Source: Actinomycetes bacterium (GTDB taxonomy: Bacteria; Actinomycetota; Acidimicrobiia; Acidimicrobiales; JAKAOS01). Taken from it: a stretch of DNA of 64,000 bases. The position numbers were made by a program, and so were the translations under genes. The stretch covers positions 79,526 through 143,525 of the forward strand of contig JAJYWE010000001.1 of the NCBI GenBank assembly GCA_021791675.1, given 5' to 3'. The notes under the pieces are model-generated. The model was given only the letters and a program-made list of their open reading frames with translations. It did no database searches and was not told the DNA's origin. Shown piece after piece: positions 54,538 to 63,629 of the stretch (position 1 is the stretch's first letter; every line of letters begins with the position of its first letter).

Positions 54538-55107
54538 TCAGATCTCGAGGAGCTCGCGCTCCTTGTGCGCCAGGATCCCGTCGATCTCCTGAACGTGCTC
54601 CTGGGTGACGCGGTCGAGCTCTTTCTCTGCCCGGTCGATCTCGTCCGTGGAGAGGTCTCCGTCGTGTGCGAAGCCCTCCAGCTCGTGGCGAGCCGTACGG
54701 CGCAGGTTCCGGACGGCGACACGACCGTCCTCGGCTCGGGCCCGCACGACGCGGACGAGCTCCTTGCGGCGCTCCGCAGTGAGGGGCGGGAAGGCAAGAC
54801 GGATGACCTGCCCGTCGTTCGAAGGCGTGATCCCGAGGTCCGAGTGCTGGAGTGCCTTCTCGATGGCCTTGATGGACGCCTTGTCGAAAGGGGCGATCAC
54901 GAGGAGGCGCGCTTCCGGCACGTTGAGCGACGCGAGCTGTTGCAGCGGGACCTCGGCGCCGTAGTAGTCGACCCGGAGCCGCTCGACCAGCGCCGGCGAT
55001 GCCCGTCCGGTCCGGACCGAGGCAAGCTCGCCCTGGGTGTGCTGGACCGCCTTGGCCATCTTCTGACGAGTCTCTGCGAGGACCTCGTCGACCAGGGAGT
55101 CCTCCAT
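54538..55107 (-). CDS. frr: ribosome recycling factor
   Basis: KMAKAVQHTQGELASVRTGRASPALVERLRVDYYGAEVPLQQLASL... is full-length Frr. TGATG junction with pyrH. Confidence 0.95.
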   Translation of the reverse strand: MEDSLVDEVLAETRQKMAKAVQHTQGELASVRTGRASPALVERLRVDYYGAEVPLQQLASLNVPEARLLVIAPFDKASIKAIEKALQHSDLGITPSNDGQVIRLAFPPLTAERRKELVRVVRARAEDGRVAVRNLRRTARHELEGFAHDGDLSTDEIDRAEKELDRVTQEHVQEIDGILAHKERELLEI

Positions 55108-55880
55108 CACCGGACCAGCGTACCGATCCGTTCGCCGAGGAGCGCTGCCCGCACGTTCCCCGGCCGCATGAGGTCGAACACGAGGATCGGGAGCCGGTTG
55201 TCCTTGCAGAAGGTGATGGCAGTCAGATCCATCACCCGCAGGTCGCGCGCGAGCACCTCGTCGTAGGAGATCTCCTCGAACCGGGTTGCCTGCGGCTCCA
55301 CCCGGGGATCGGCAGAGTAGACACCGTCGACACCCGAGTGCGTCCCCTTGAGAACGGTGTCGGCACCGATCTCCGCTGCGCGAAGCGCCGCTGGGGTGTC
55401 GGTCGTGAAGTACGGGTTCCCCATGCCGGCCGCGAAGATCACGACCCGGCCCTTCTCGAGATGGCGCATCGCCCGGCGGCGGATGTAGGGCTCTGCCACC
55501 TCGGCCATCTGGATCGCCGATTGGACCCGGGTGGGCTGGCCGTGTCGCTCCAGGGCGTCCTGGAGCGCCAGTGCATTGATCACCGTCGCGAGCATCCCCA
55601 TGTGGTCCGAGGTCGCGCGGTCGAGCCCACTCGCCTGGCCGTCCCTTCCCCGCCAGATGTTCCCGCCGCCGACCACCATCGCGATCTCGACGTCCGACTC
55701 CCTGCGCGTGGCGGCGACCTCTTCTGCGAGGCGCTCCACCACGGCGGCGTCGATCGTCTCGTCCGAGGCCGAGCTGGCAAGCGCCTCGCCCGAGAGCTTC
55801 AGCACCACCCGGTGCCACCGCCGCCTGCCGTCCACGGGCGTGGGCGCCGTCGCCTCCGACGGGGCTCCCGGGAGCGACAA
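55107..55880 (-). CDS. pyrH: UMP kinase
   Basis: [34 protein letters not shown] and [14 protein letters not shown] motifs. TTG start at 55880. Confidence 0.94.
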   Translation of the reverse strand: MSLPGAPSEATAPTPVDGRRRWHRVVLKLSGEALASSASDETIDAAVVERLAEEVAATRRESDVEIAMVVGGGNIWRGRDGQASGLDRATSDHMGMLATVINALALQDALERHGQPTRVQSAIQMAEVAEPYIRRRAMRHLEKGRVVIFAAGMGNPYFTTDTPAALRAAEIGADTVLKGTHSGVDGVYSADPRVEPQATRFEEISYDEVLARDLRVMDLTAITFCKDNRLPILVFDLMRPGNVRAALLGERIGTLVR

Positions 55881-55883
55881 CGC

Positions 55884-56687
55884 TCAGGCCCCGATCTCGA
55901 CCTGCGCGAAGCGCACCACGGTCGCATTGCCGAGGTGCCCGGCTACCGTCTGCTTCTCGTCACGGACGTAAGGCTGCTCGAGCAGGCAACGCTCCTTGAT
56001 CCACCCGGTGAGCCGTCCGTCGACGACCTTCTCGAGCGCCGCCTCCGGCTTGCCCTCGTTGCGAGCAGCGGCGAGCAGCGTCGCCCGCTCCTCCTCCACC
56101 TCGGCCGCCGGGAGCTCGTCGCGGCGGAGCACGACGGGACGGGCGAAGGCAATGTGCACGGCGAGCTCGTGAGCGAGGCTCCGGCTTCCCCCGGCGAGCT
56201 CGACCAGGACCGCGTTGACCCCTCGCCCGTTCTGCTCGTGCAGGTAGCCGTCGATCACGTTCCCACTCGCGCCAGCAGCGAAACGGACGGTGCGCCCGAG
56301 CTCGATGTGCTCCTTCAGGACCACGCCGAGCTTCTCGATGTCCTCCCCGCGAGCGGTGAGCGCATCGGGGCCGTCGGCGGCGAGGCCGCCGGCAAGCTCC
56401 TCGACGAGCTGGACGAACTCCGCGGACTTGGCGACGAAGTCGGTCTCGCAACGCAGTTCGACGATCGCACCGACATCGCTCTCCACGACCAGCGAGAGTG
56501 CGCCCTGGCTGCTCTCGCGCTCGGCGCGCTTCACCGCGCTCGCCTTTCCGAGCTCACGAAGCCGCCGCGCAGCCGCCTCGAAGTCGCCGCCGCTCTCCTC
56601 CAGCGCGCGCTTCGCATCGAGCATGCCCGCGCCGGTCGCCCGGCGGAGGGACTGGACGTCTTGCGCGCTGAACGTTCTCTCGCTCAT
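55884..56687 (-). CDS. tsf: elongation factor Ts
   Basis: VQSLRRATGAGMLDAKRALEESGGDFEAAARRLRELG (UBA-like N-domain) followed by ELRCETDFVAKS. GAGGAG upstream of the ATG at 56687. Confidence 0.95.
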   Translation of the reverse strand: MSERTFSAQDVQSLRRATGAGMLDAKRALEESGGDFEAAARRLRELGKASAVKRAERESSQGALSLVVESDVGAIVELRCETDFVAKSAEFVQLVEELAGGLAADGPDALTARGEDIEKLGVVLKEHIELGRTVRFAAGASGNVIDGYLHEQNGRGVNAVLVELAGGSRSLAHELAVHIAFARPVVLRRDELPAAEVEEERATLLAAARNEGKPEAALEKVVDGRLTGWIKERCLLEQPYVRDEKQTVAGHLGNATVVRFAQVEIGA

Positions 56688-57093
56688 CGAACTCCTCGCT
56701 CCCATCGCGATCGCACCGGCACTGCCACCGGCGCCTGCTCTCACTTCGCCCCCCGAACAGCCCTTCCCCCCTCCCTACCGTGCCCCCGCACTGGCGAACA
56801 CCCCGACCCGCCGGTCCTCCCGGCCGATCGGGTCCCCGAGCCCACTCGCCCATGCCGTCGCCGGCCGCGGGCTCCGCGCCCGTGTGCCCGCCCGCCCCGG
56901 AGCGGGCTGGCCCGCCGGCCACCGGGCCGCCCGGCAGGGCCCCGGGGCAGCGTCACGGGACCGACCCGTCCCTGCGCGGCCCGCCGGTGCCGACGGCTCG
57001 GCTCGGATCACCTCGACCGACAGGGAGCGCCCTGCCAGCGCCGTACACGAACCCGTCGCCGACGCTCGGGGGGCCTCCTCGATCCTCGACCCC

Positions 57094-58113
57094 CTACTCG
57101 ACGGCCCCCGGTTGCGCGGCCCCGCCGGCATCGGCCTCGCCACCCGAGGACGACTCCACGGTCTCGCCCACTCCGGCGGTTTCCGCAGGCCGCGCTTCGG
57201 CACCGAGGCGCACGTCCGGTGTCTCGCGGATCCCCGTCATACCGTCCGACCGCGGCGCTCCGCCGGCCTGGCGCGAGGCCATCCGGGCCGCCCGCTCGGC
57301 CGCCTCGAGGGCTGCCTGACGCCGGGCTTCCGCCTGCGCTGCCGCGCGGCGCGCTTCCGCCTCGGGATCCGGGGGCGCAGCTTCGGGCCCGGCGGCCGCC
57401 GCAGTCCCGGGGGGAGCGTGGCGCGATGCGATGAAGCGACCCTCGATCACGGCATCGGAGATGACCCTGCACATCAGGGCTCCTGCCCGGATCGCGTCGT
57501 CGTTGCCTGGGATGACGTAGTCGATGACATCGGGATCGCAGTTGGTGTCCACCACCGCGATGACAGGGAGCCCGAGCCGGTTCGCCTCGGTGACCGCGAT
57601 GTGCTCCTTCTTGGTGTCGATGACGAACACTGCGTCGGGCAGCTTGGTCATGTTCCTGATGCCGCCCAGGTTCCGCTCGAGCTTCTCGAGCTCGCGAGTC
57701 AGGATCAACGCCTCCTTCTTCGGCATTGCCTCGAAGTCACCGGCGTCGCGCATCCGCTCGTACTCCTGCATCTTCTTCACCCTCTGGGAGATGGTGGAGA
57801 AGTTCGTGAGCATCCCACCCAGCCAGCGCTCGTTCACGAAGGGCATCCCGCAGCGCTGGGCGTAGCTGGCGATGGGGTCCTGGGTCTGCTTCTTGGTCCC
57901 GACGAAGAGCACCACGCCTCCCCGTTGGGCGAGATCTCTCGTGAAGCTGTACGCCGTCTCGATCCGGTGGAGGGTCTGGTTCAGGTCGATGATGTAGATG
58001 CCGTTGCGCTCACCGAAGATGAAGCGCTTCATCTTCGGGTTCCACCGCCGAGTCTGGTGCCCGAAGTGGACCCCGGCCTCGAGCAACTGCTTCATCGTCA
58101 CGACTGCGCTCAT
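57094..58113 (-). CDS. rpsB: 30S ribosomal protein S2 with an ~85-aa Ala/Glu/Pro-rich C-terminal tail
   Basis: [43 protein letters not shown] lies 6 nt upstream of the ATG at 58113. Confidence 0.95.
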   Translation of the reverse strand: MSAVVTMKQLLEAGVHFGHQTRRWNPKMKRFIFGERNGIYIIDLNQTLHRIETAYSFTRDLAQRGGVVLFVGTKKQTQDPIASYAQRCGMPFVNERWLGGMLTNFSTISQRVKKMQEYERMRDAGDFEAMPKKEALILTRELEKLERNLGGIRNMTKLPDAVFVIDTKKEHIAVTEANRLGLPVIAVVDTNCDPDVIDYVIPGNDDAIRAGALMCRVISDAVIEGRFIASRHAPPGTAAAAGPEAAPPDPEAEARRAAAQAEARRQAALEAAERAARMASRQAGGAPRSDGMTGIRETPDVRLGAEARPAETAGVGETVESSSGGEADAGGAAQPGAVE

Positions 58114-58232
58114 CGGAACTCCCATCGGTTCGCACGGCCCTGGCCCACGCCGAGACGGCGACCGTGGACGGGACAGGGCAGATCAGAGCCGCCGGAACCT
58201 CCGGCGGACGGCCACAGCATAGCGGCGAGGCC

Positions 58233-58260
58233 CGGCGGGCTCTGGCGCCAGAGACCGCCG
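58233..58260 (-). terminator. GC-rich hairpin directly after xerC (CGGCGG-g-CTCTGGC/GCCAGAG-a-CCGCCG), no U tract
   Basis: 14-bp perfect palindrome flanked by 6-bp complementary arms, 8 nt downstream of the xerC TAG. A second hairpin, CCGCCGGA-acc-TCCGGCGG, is at 58189-58207. Confidence 0.35.
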
Positions 58261-58267
58261 CCGAGCG

Positions 58268-59296
58268 CTAGCCCCGCGGGTGCGCAGCGCGGTGCGCCTC
58301 GGCGAGGCGCTCCTTGCTCACATGGGTGTAGCGCTGCGTCGACCGCAGGCTGGCGTGGCCGAGCAGCTCCTGGACGACCCGCAGGTCTGCGCCGCCGTCG
58401 AGGAGGTGCGTCGCGAAGGTGTGCCGGAGCACGTGGGGGTGTGCGCCAACCGGGCCGCGAGCGGCGACGACTCTCGCCACGTCCCGAGATCCCATCGGGC
58501 CACCCCGCAGGTTGAGGAACAGCGCCTCCTCGGCCCGCCCCGCTCCCCGAGACTCGCCCGCTCGGCCCCCTCGGCCCGGGGCTGCGGACGGACGACGCAG
58601 GAGGTCTCGAACGGCCAGCCACGCAGCGAGCGTCGCACGGGCACGATCGTGCAGTGGCACCAGGCGCTGCGTACCGCCCTTACCCCAGACCGGGAGCACG
58701 TCGGCCGCGGCCGTCACCTCGCCGACTCGCAGCCCGCACAGCTCCGAGACCCGCACACCGGTCGCATAGAGCAGTTCGAGCACGGCGTCATCCCGGACCT
58801 CGAGGGCGTGACGACGGCGGTCCTCGGGATCGCTTCGCCGCGCCGCACCCCCGCCCGCCGTCCCGGCGGTCGGTCTCGACCCGCCATCGAGCATCTCCTC
58901 GACCTCCCGGGGGCGCAGCACAGCCGGCAGGCGTGAGCGTGGGCGCGGAGAGAGCAGCCCCGCCGAAGGGTCAGTCGTCACCACACCCGCCTCGAGCGCG
59001 AAACGGAAGTACCGCCGCACGGCGGCCGCACGGCGAGCGATGGTGGCGGAGGCGAGGCCTCGTGTCGCGAGAAAGGCGAGGTAGCGGCGGAGCAGGAGGC
59101 GGTCGACCTCGCTCGGGCGGGTCCGGCCGCTGCGAACGACCCAGGCTGCCAACTCGGTCACGTCACGGCGATACGCGACGAGCGTGCTCGGCGACGCCCC
59201 AGCGAGACTCCGTGCGAACGCGTCGAGCGCCCAGGGATCCTCGTCGCCGCCCGGCGAGGAGGGGCCGGGCGCCGCCGCACCGCCAGGTCGCTTCAC
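58268..59296 (-). CDS. xerC: tyrosine recombinase XerC (chromosome dimer resolution)
   Basis: N-terminal SAM-like domain ([16 protein letters not shown]) and catalytic residues ([36 protein letters not shown]). Housekeeping position upstream of rpsB. GTG 59296 follows GGAGG. XerC versus XerD cannot be decided from sequence alone. Confidence 0.85.
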   Translation of the reverse strand: MKRPGGAAAPGPSSPGGDEDPWALDAFARSLAGASPSTLVAYRRDVTELAAWVVRSGRTRPSEVDRLLLRRYLAFLATRGLASATIARRAAAVRRYFRFALEAGVVTTDPSAGLLSPRPRSRLPAVLRPREVEEMLDGGSRPTAGTAGGGAARRSDPEDRRRHALEVRDDAVLELLYATGVRVSELCGLRVGEVTAAADVLPVWGKGGTQRLVPLHDRARATLAAWLAVRDLLRRPSAAPGRGGRAGESRGAGRAEEALFLNLRGGPMGSRDVARVVAARGPVGAHPHVLRHTFATHLLDGGADLRVVQELLGHASLRSTQRYTHVSKERLAEAHRAAHPRG

Positions 59297-59407
59297 CGAC
59301 ACCTCCGCGTGCTCGCGAGACGGCGCCCAGGCTAGCGATCGCCGACCTGCGTCGAGGGGACATCCGACGCGGGGGCGCGCCGGGGACCTGACGACTACCC
59401 TCCCAAC

Positions 59408-60361
59408 GTGTCGGCACCAGACGGCGATCCATCGGTACGGACGAGCCTCCCGGGGGAACCCACGGCTCCGAGCCCGCAAGCTGCGCCGTCACCGGACCCC
59501 GGCTCCGTCTCCGGGACGTCGAGCTCCGCCCCCTTGGCGCGCGGCGCAACGAACGGACCGGAAGCGTCTTCGTCCGGACGAGACAGATCCCCCGCTGGTC
59601 GGGACGTGGTTGCAGCGCTCCACGCGAGTCTCGCCGAGGGAGCAGCGGTCGTCCTCGTCACCGCCGTCGAGACGCGCGGGACGCCACCCTGCCGAACCGG
59701 CCAGAAGCTGCTCCTCGGCACCGGCGGCGCACTCGCCGGCACGCTTGGCTGCTCCGAGCTCGACGCGGCCGCTGCGAACCATGCCGGCGTGGCACTCGAC
59801 TCGGGTGCGGACGGGCTGTTCTGGCTCCCCCACCCCGACGGGGACGTCCACGTCTACGTCGAGCCGTTCGTCACCCCGGCGTGCCTCGTCGTGCTCTCGG
59901 CCACGCCGGTTGCGGCGCACCTCGTGCGCTGGGCGGGGGAGCTCGGGTGGGAGACGGTCCTGGTCGAGCCCGACCCGGGGCGGGTGACCGACGCGGTCCG
60001 GGCCAGCGCTGGCTCCGTGGTGGCGGCGCTCCCGCCACGCCAGCTCGGCGCACGAGACGCCATCGTGGCGACCGACCACGATGCGCCGAGCCTCGCAGAC
60101 CTGCTCTCCCGCGGGCTCGACTCGGGAGCCGGCTACGTCGGGCTCATGGGTAGCCGGCGCCACGTCGCGGCACACCTCGCGGCACTCGAGGCGAGTGGGC
60201 TCGACGATGATGCGCTCGCTCGTCTCGAGACCCCCGTCGGGCTCGACCTCGGGGGCCAGAGCGCCCCGGAGATCGCTCTTGCGATCCTCGCCGGGCTCGT
60301 CGCCTGGAGGCACGGCCGCGCCGGCGGTCGTCTCGCCGGGCAGGCGCGCACGCGCCCATGA
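59408..60361 (+). CDS. XdhC/CoxI family accessory protein (XdhC_CoxI + Rossmann-like XdhC_C domains)
   Basis: [23 protein letters not shown], then [30 protein letters not shown] and [35 protein letters not shown]. The first 66 aa have lower GC3; GTG 59606 is an alternative start. Confidence 0.75.
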   Translation: MSAPDGDPSVRTSLPGEPTAPSPQAAPSPDPGSVSGTSSSAPLARGATNGPEASSSGRDRSPAGRDVVAALHASLAEGAAVVLVTAVETRGTPPCRTGQKLLLGTGGALAGTLGCSELDAAAANHAGVALDSGADGLFWLPHPDGDVHVYVEPFVTPACLVVLSATPVAAHLVRWAGELGWETVLVEPDPGRVTDAVRASAGSVVAALPPRQLGARDAIVATDHDAPSLADLLSRGLDSGAGYVGLMGSRRHVAAHLAALEASGLDDDALARLETPVGLDLGGQSAPEIALAILAGLVAWRHGRAGGRLAGQARTRP

Positions 60362-60404
60362 GCACCGCGTCCCCTCGACACGCCTGGGGGGCGGGACGGC
60401 CTGC

Positions 60405-60917
60405 TCACTCTGCGCCGGGACCCCGAGTGGCCCAGCGAGCGAGGATCGCCGCCTCCGCCACGAGCTGCTCTCGGAGCCCACTCAAGATCGCCCGTTCGAC
60501 CACCGGACCGACGAGGGGGTACCGCACGCTCAGCTCCCCGCTCATCTCCTGGGTACAGCGGCCGGGGCCGGCGCCGACGAACCGGTACCGGCCCTCGCAG
60601 CGGAACCGGCTCTGGTAGTGGTCGGGCACCATCTCGAACCGGACGGTCCTCGCGGTCAGGTCCACCTCCGAGTGGTCGACCCAGGTGAGCTTGGCAGGAT
60701 CGACCACGGCCCGCACCGCCGGGGAGAGGTCCCCAGCGAACGCGTACGCGACCGCGATGTGCGCGAGCTGCCGCACGTCGTCGCGATCGCAGGAGACGAC
60801 GCGCGGTGGTGAGATCGCCCGAAGCTCACCGAGCGCGGCGTAGAAGGCGGGCGTGGCGAAGGCCGCAACCGCCGCGTCCGGATCCGCTTGCACCGTCTGC
60901 TCGAGCCGGAACCGCAC
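60405..60917 (-). CDS. DUF2505/SRPBCC-superfamily protein
   Basis: 170 aa, MRFRLEQTVQADPDAAVAAFATPAFYAALGEL... The pattern and length fit actinobacterial DUF2505. Family assigned from memory, not from a search. Confidence 0.6.
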   Translation of the reverse strand: MRFRLEQTVQADPDAAVAAFATPAFYAALGELRAISPPRVVSCDRDDVRQLAHIAVAYAFAGDLSPAVRAVVDPAKLTWVDHSEVDLTARTVRFEMVPDHYQSRFRCEGRYRFVGAGPGRCTQEMSGELSVRYPLVGPVVERAILSGLREQLVAEAAILARWATRGPGAE

Positions 60918-61018
60918 CGGCGAAGGGTAGCCCGGCAGGGGCGTCGTCCGCCGTCGGCATCCGGCGGGACCGCAGCGGGCTTGTCAGCGACCCGAGCGGC
61001 TCGCGAAGCTGGGCGGGA

Positions 61019-61675
61019 ATGCAGCGGTTGCACGTTCCGGCGCCCGTGGTCGTGGCGGTGTCCTGGCTGGCCGGAACGCTCCCCGTCTCCAATCTGGCTG
61101 CCAAGCGCGTCGCCGGTGTCGACCTGCGTGACGTCGGAGGAGGAACGGTCTCGGGCTCGGGGCTCTACCAGGTCGGGGGCTTCCGGCCCCTCGTCGTCGC
61201 CGGCTGCTTCGAGCTCGTCAAGGGTGCGATCGGGCCACTGCTCGCCGGCGAACGCGCCGGTGTCGGAGCGCTCGCAGCGGGCGCGGCGATCGTCGGCCAC
61301 GACTGGTCACCCTGGCTCGGCGGTGCGGGTGGGCGCGGCATCTCCCTCGCCATGGGGGCCGGACTCGTGGCCGGGCCGGAGGCCACGGCGCTCCTCGCCG
61401 CCGGCCTTGCCATCGGGAAGGCGAGTCACCAGGCTGGACTGGCATCGGCCATCGCCCTCGCGGCAATCGTGCCGGCCCTCGGGCTCCGGCACGGCACGCG
61501 AGGGGCGCTGCTCGGCACCGCGCTCGTGGTGCCGATCACCGCCAAGCGTCTCGCCGGCAACCGCCGTCCGCCGGCCGGCTGGAGCTGGTCGACCCTCGGC
61601 CACCGCCTCCTCTTCGACACCGACCCACCGACCCACGCACCGTGCTCGGCTGGCGAGACCGAGCGCTGCGGATGA
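61019..61675 (+). CDS. PlsY-family (glycerol-3-phosphate acyltransferase-like) membrane protein, with divergent catalytic motifs
   Basis: Colinear with PlsY: WLAGTLPVSNLAAKRVAGVDLRDVGGGTVSGSG versus YLIGSIPSG..GIDIREHGSGNLGATN, and VGHDWSPWLGGAGGRGISL versus LGHVFPIF.KFKGGKAVAT. The canonical GSGNxGATN and KGGK residues are substituted. Confidence 0.6.
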   Translation: MQRLHVPAPVVVAVSWLAGTLPVSNLAAKRVAGVDLRDVGGGTVSGSGLYQVGGFRPLVVAGCFELVKGAIGPLLAGERAGVGALAAGAAIVGHDWSPWLGGAGGRGISLAMGAGLVAGPEATALLAAGLAIGKASHQAGLASAIALAAIVPALGLRHGTRGALLGTALVVPITAKRLAGNRRPPAGWSWSTLGHRLLFDTDPPTHAPCSAGETERCG

Positions 61676-62700
61676 TGCCGAGCGGCGCAACGCCTGCACA
61701 CGCCGCCGGTCGAGCGCGATCCGATCGTTCGGGCCAGGTGGGCATCGTGACGGACTCCGCTGCGTCGATCGCCCCCGAGCTGGCGGACGCACTCGGGGTC
61801 GTGGTCGTCCCGATGCAGATCAGCTTCGGGAGCAGCCCGAGCGCCGGTCGCCCCGCCGATCTCGCGCCCGTCGAGGCTCCGCTCCGCCCGAGCGGGGACG
61901 AGCGCGGCATCTCCCTCGACGAGGTGCTCGCACACCTGGCCCAGGGCGTGCACACCGCCGGACCGACCCCTGCCGCCTTCCTCGACGCCTACGAGCGAGC
62001 AGACCACGGAAGTGGCGTGCTTGCGGTGACGGTGGCCTCGGGGCTCTCGTCGACGTTCGCGACGGCACGCCTCGCGAGCACGCTCCGAGGAGGCGGTTCG
62101 GTGGAGGTCCTCGACTCGGGCACGGCGGCCGGAGCGGAGGGCCTCGTCGTCACCGCGGCCGCAGTCGCAGCGAGTTCCGGTGCGTCACTCGAAGCCGTGG
62201 CTGCCCGTGCGGGTGCGGTCGCTCGCGCCGTCCGGCTCGTGGCCGTCGTCGACAGCCTCGACCAGCTGGCGAGGACGGGGCGCATCCCCGACCTGGCGGG
62301 CCGAGCGGGACGTCGTCTCGGCCTCCGTCCACTGTTCGAACTGCGCGCGGGCCGACCCCGCCTGCTCCGCCCCTCGCTCGGGGAGCGCGGTGCGACCGAG
62401 GCGGTGCTCGGTCAGTGGCGCCGAAGCGTCCCGACGCCGCCCGGGCGACTGCACGTGGTCGCACTCCACGCGCTCGACGAGCTCGCAGCGAAGCGTCTCC
62501 TCGAAGGAGTGCGCGCGGAGCACGAACCCGAGGAGGCGTTCGTCGGGCGGTTCGGCCCGGTCATGGTGGCCCACACCGGGCCGGGCGTGCGGGGACTCGC
62601 CTGGTGGTGGGAGGCAGAGGACGGCACCCCGCTCCCGCTCCCCCAGCGCAGGGCCTCCCGGAGCGAGGCCGAGCTCGTGCCGCCGGCCGAAGGCCGCTGA
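61672..62700 (+). CDS. DegV family fatty-acid-binding protein (FakB-like)
   Basis: VGIVTDSAASIAPELADALGVVVVPMQISFG is the DegV N-terminal signature. ATG 61672 forms an ATGA overlap with the plsY-like stop. GTG 61738 (VGIVTDS) is the alternative start. Confidence 0.8.
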   Translation: MMPSGATPAHAAGRARSDRSGQVGIVTDSAASIAPELADALGVVVVPMQISFGSSPSAGRPADLAPVEAPLRPSGDERGISLDEVLAHLAQGVHTAGPTPAAFLDAYERADHGSGVLAVTVASGLSSTFATARLASTLRGGGSVEVLDSGTAAGAEGLVVTAAAVAASSGASLEAVAARAGAVARAVRLVAVVDSLDQLARTGRIPDLAGRAGRRLGLRPLFELRAGRPRLLRPSLGERGATEAVLGQWRRSVPTPPGRLHVVALHALDELAAKRLLEGVRAEHEPEEAFVGRFGPVMVAHTGPGVRGLAWWWEAEDGTPLPLPQRRASRSEAELVPPAEGR

Positions 62701-62736
62701 CCTTCACCTCGCGAACGCGGCCGCATCGGTCGGCCG

Positions 62737-62760
62737 CCGCACGTCGCCCGCGACGTGCGG
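62737..62760. terminator. perfect 11-bp inverted repeat CCGCACGTCGC-cc-GCGACGTGCGG between convergent degV and hydrolase genes (bidirectional terminator candidate)
   Basis: Read directly. It is 37 nt after the degV stop and 87 nt after the hydrolase stop. No U tract on either side. Confidence 0.4.
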
Positions 62761-62762
62761 CC

Positions 62763-62873
62763 GTCAGCGGCAGAACGCCGCCACTGCGGCTCCCCGCGGT
62801 CAGCCGGAAGACGTCAGCCGCGGCGGGACGCGATCGCTCGCGGCGGTCAGCCGGAGAACGCAGGCGCTGCGGC
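62763..62873. repeat. degenerate direct copies of the hydrolase gene's last ~30 nt (GTCAGC(C)GG(A/C)AGAACG... units)
   Basis: GTCAGC-containing units start at 62763, 62799, 62813 and 62846. 62846-62873 (the gene's 3' end including the stop) and 62763-62790 align at about 80% identity. Confidence 0.6.
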
Positions 62874-63614
62874 AAGCGCCCACTCGACGGCCTCGAGGAT
62901 CGCCGAGATCCCCGAGCGAACCAGGCCATGCCCCATGTCGGTCACGAGCCAGAGGCGTCGGGGCGCGGGGGCGTCGCGGAGGAGCAGCGGGGCGTCGCGA
63001 GCCGGGAGGAGCCGGTCCCGCGTGCCGTGCACGACGGCGAGCGGTTGACGGATCTGACGAACCAGGGACGCAGGAGCCGGCGCGAGGCGGAAGCGACGGT
63101 CGACGCGAGCTCCGCTCAGCCGGCCGAGCACCGCGACCCCGAGCGACGTGCGTGTGAGCAGGCCAAGTGCGAGAAACGCGGGGCGGAGCCGCCACCTTGC
63201 CGGGGCGCTCACCACGACGACCCCGTCGCAGGCCGGGGACGCCCCGGCCGCCGCCCAACGCAGCGCGGCGACAGCCCCCATCGAGACACCCACCACGACC
63301 AGCGGTCCCGTCGCAAGCGGGGTGACGGCCGCCACGTCGAGCTGTTCTCGGTCGATGAGCGTGCTCAGCCCCCCCGACTCGCCATGTCCTCGAGCGTCGT
63401 AGCTCAGCACCTCGAAACCACGCTCGACCAGCGCCTGTGCCACGCTCGCGACGCTGGGGTGCAGCCCACCCGCGCCGAAGCCGTGGACGAGAACCACCGT
63501 GGCACGCTGAGGAACCGCCCGCCATCGCCAGACCCGCAGTTGGACCCCGTCCGCCGTCTGGACGGGGGGAAGGGCGACTGGGGTGGTCGAGGTGTTGCGC
63601 CCGTCGGTGCGCAC
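62847..63614 (-). CDS. alpha/beta hydrolase
   Basis: VVLVHGFGAGG, YDARGHGESGG, and the nucleophile elbow GVSMGA. 255 aa. Confidence 0.8.
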   Translation of the reverse strand: MRTDGRNTSTTPVALPPVQTADGVQLRVWRWRAVPQRATVVLVHGFGAGGLHPSVASVAQALVERGFEVLSYDARGHGESGGLSTLIDREQLDVAAVTPLATGPLVVVGVSMGAVAALRWAAAGASPACDGVVVVSAPARWRLRPAFLALGLLTRTSLGVAVLGRLSGARVDRRFRLAPAPASLVRQIRQPLAVVHGTRDRLLPARDAPLLLRDAPAPRRLWLVTDMGHGLVRSGISAILEAVEWALAAAPAFSG

Positions 63615-63629
63615 AGTGCCGAACCTAGC

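Noticed and set aside
58268-59296. Tyrosine recombinase considered as a phage or ICE integrase marking a mobile element.
   Set aside because: It has the XerC/D-type two-domain architecture and sits in the conserved housekeeping position next to rpsB-tsf. There is no flanking tRNA, att-like direct repeats, excisionase or phage genes.
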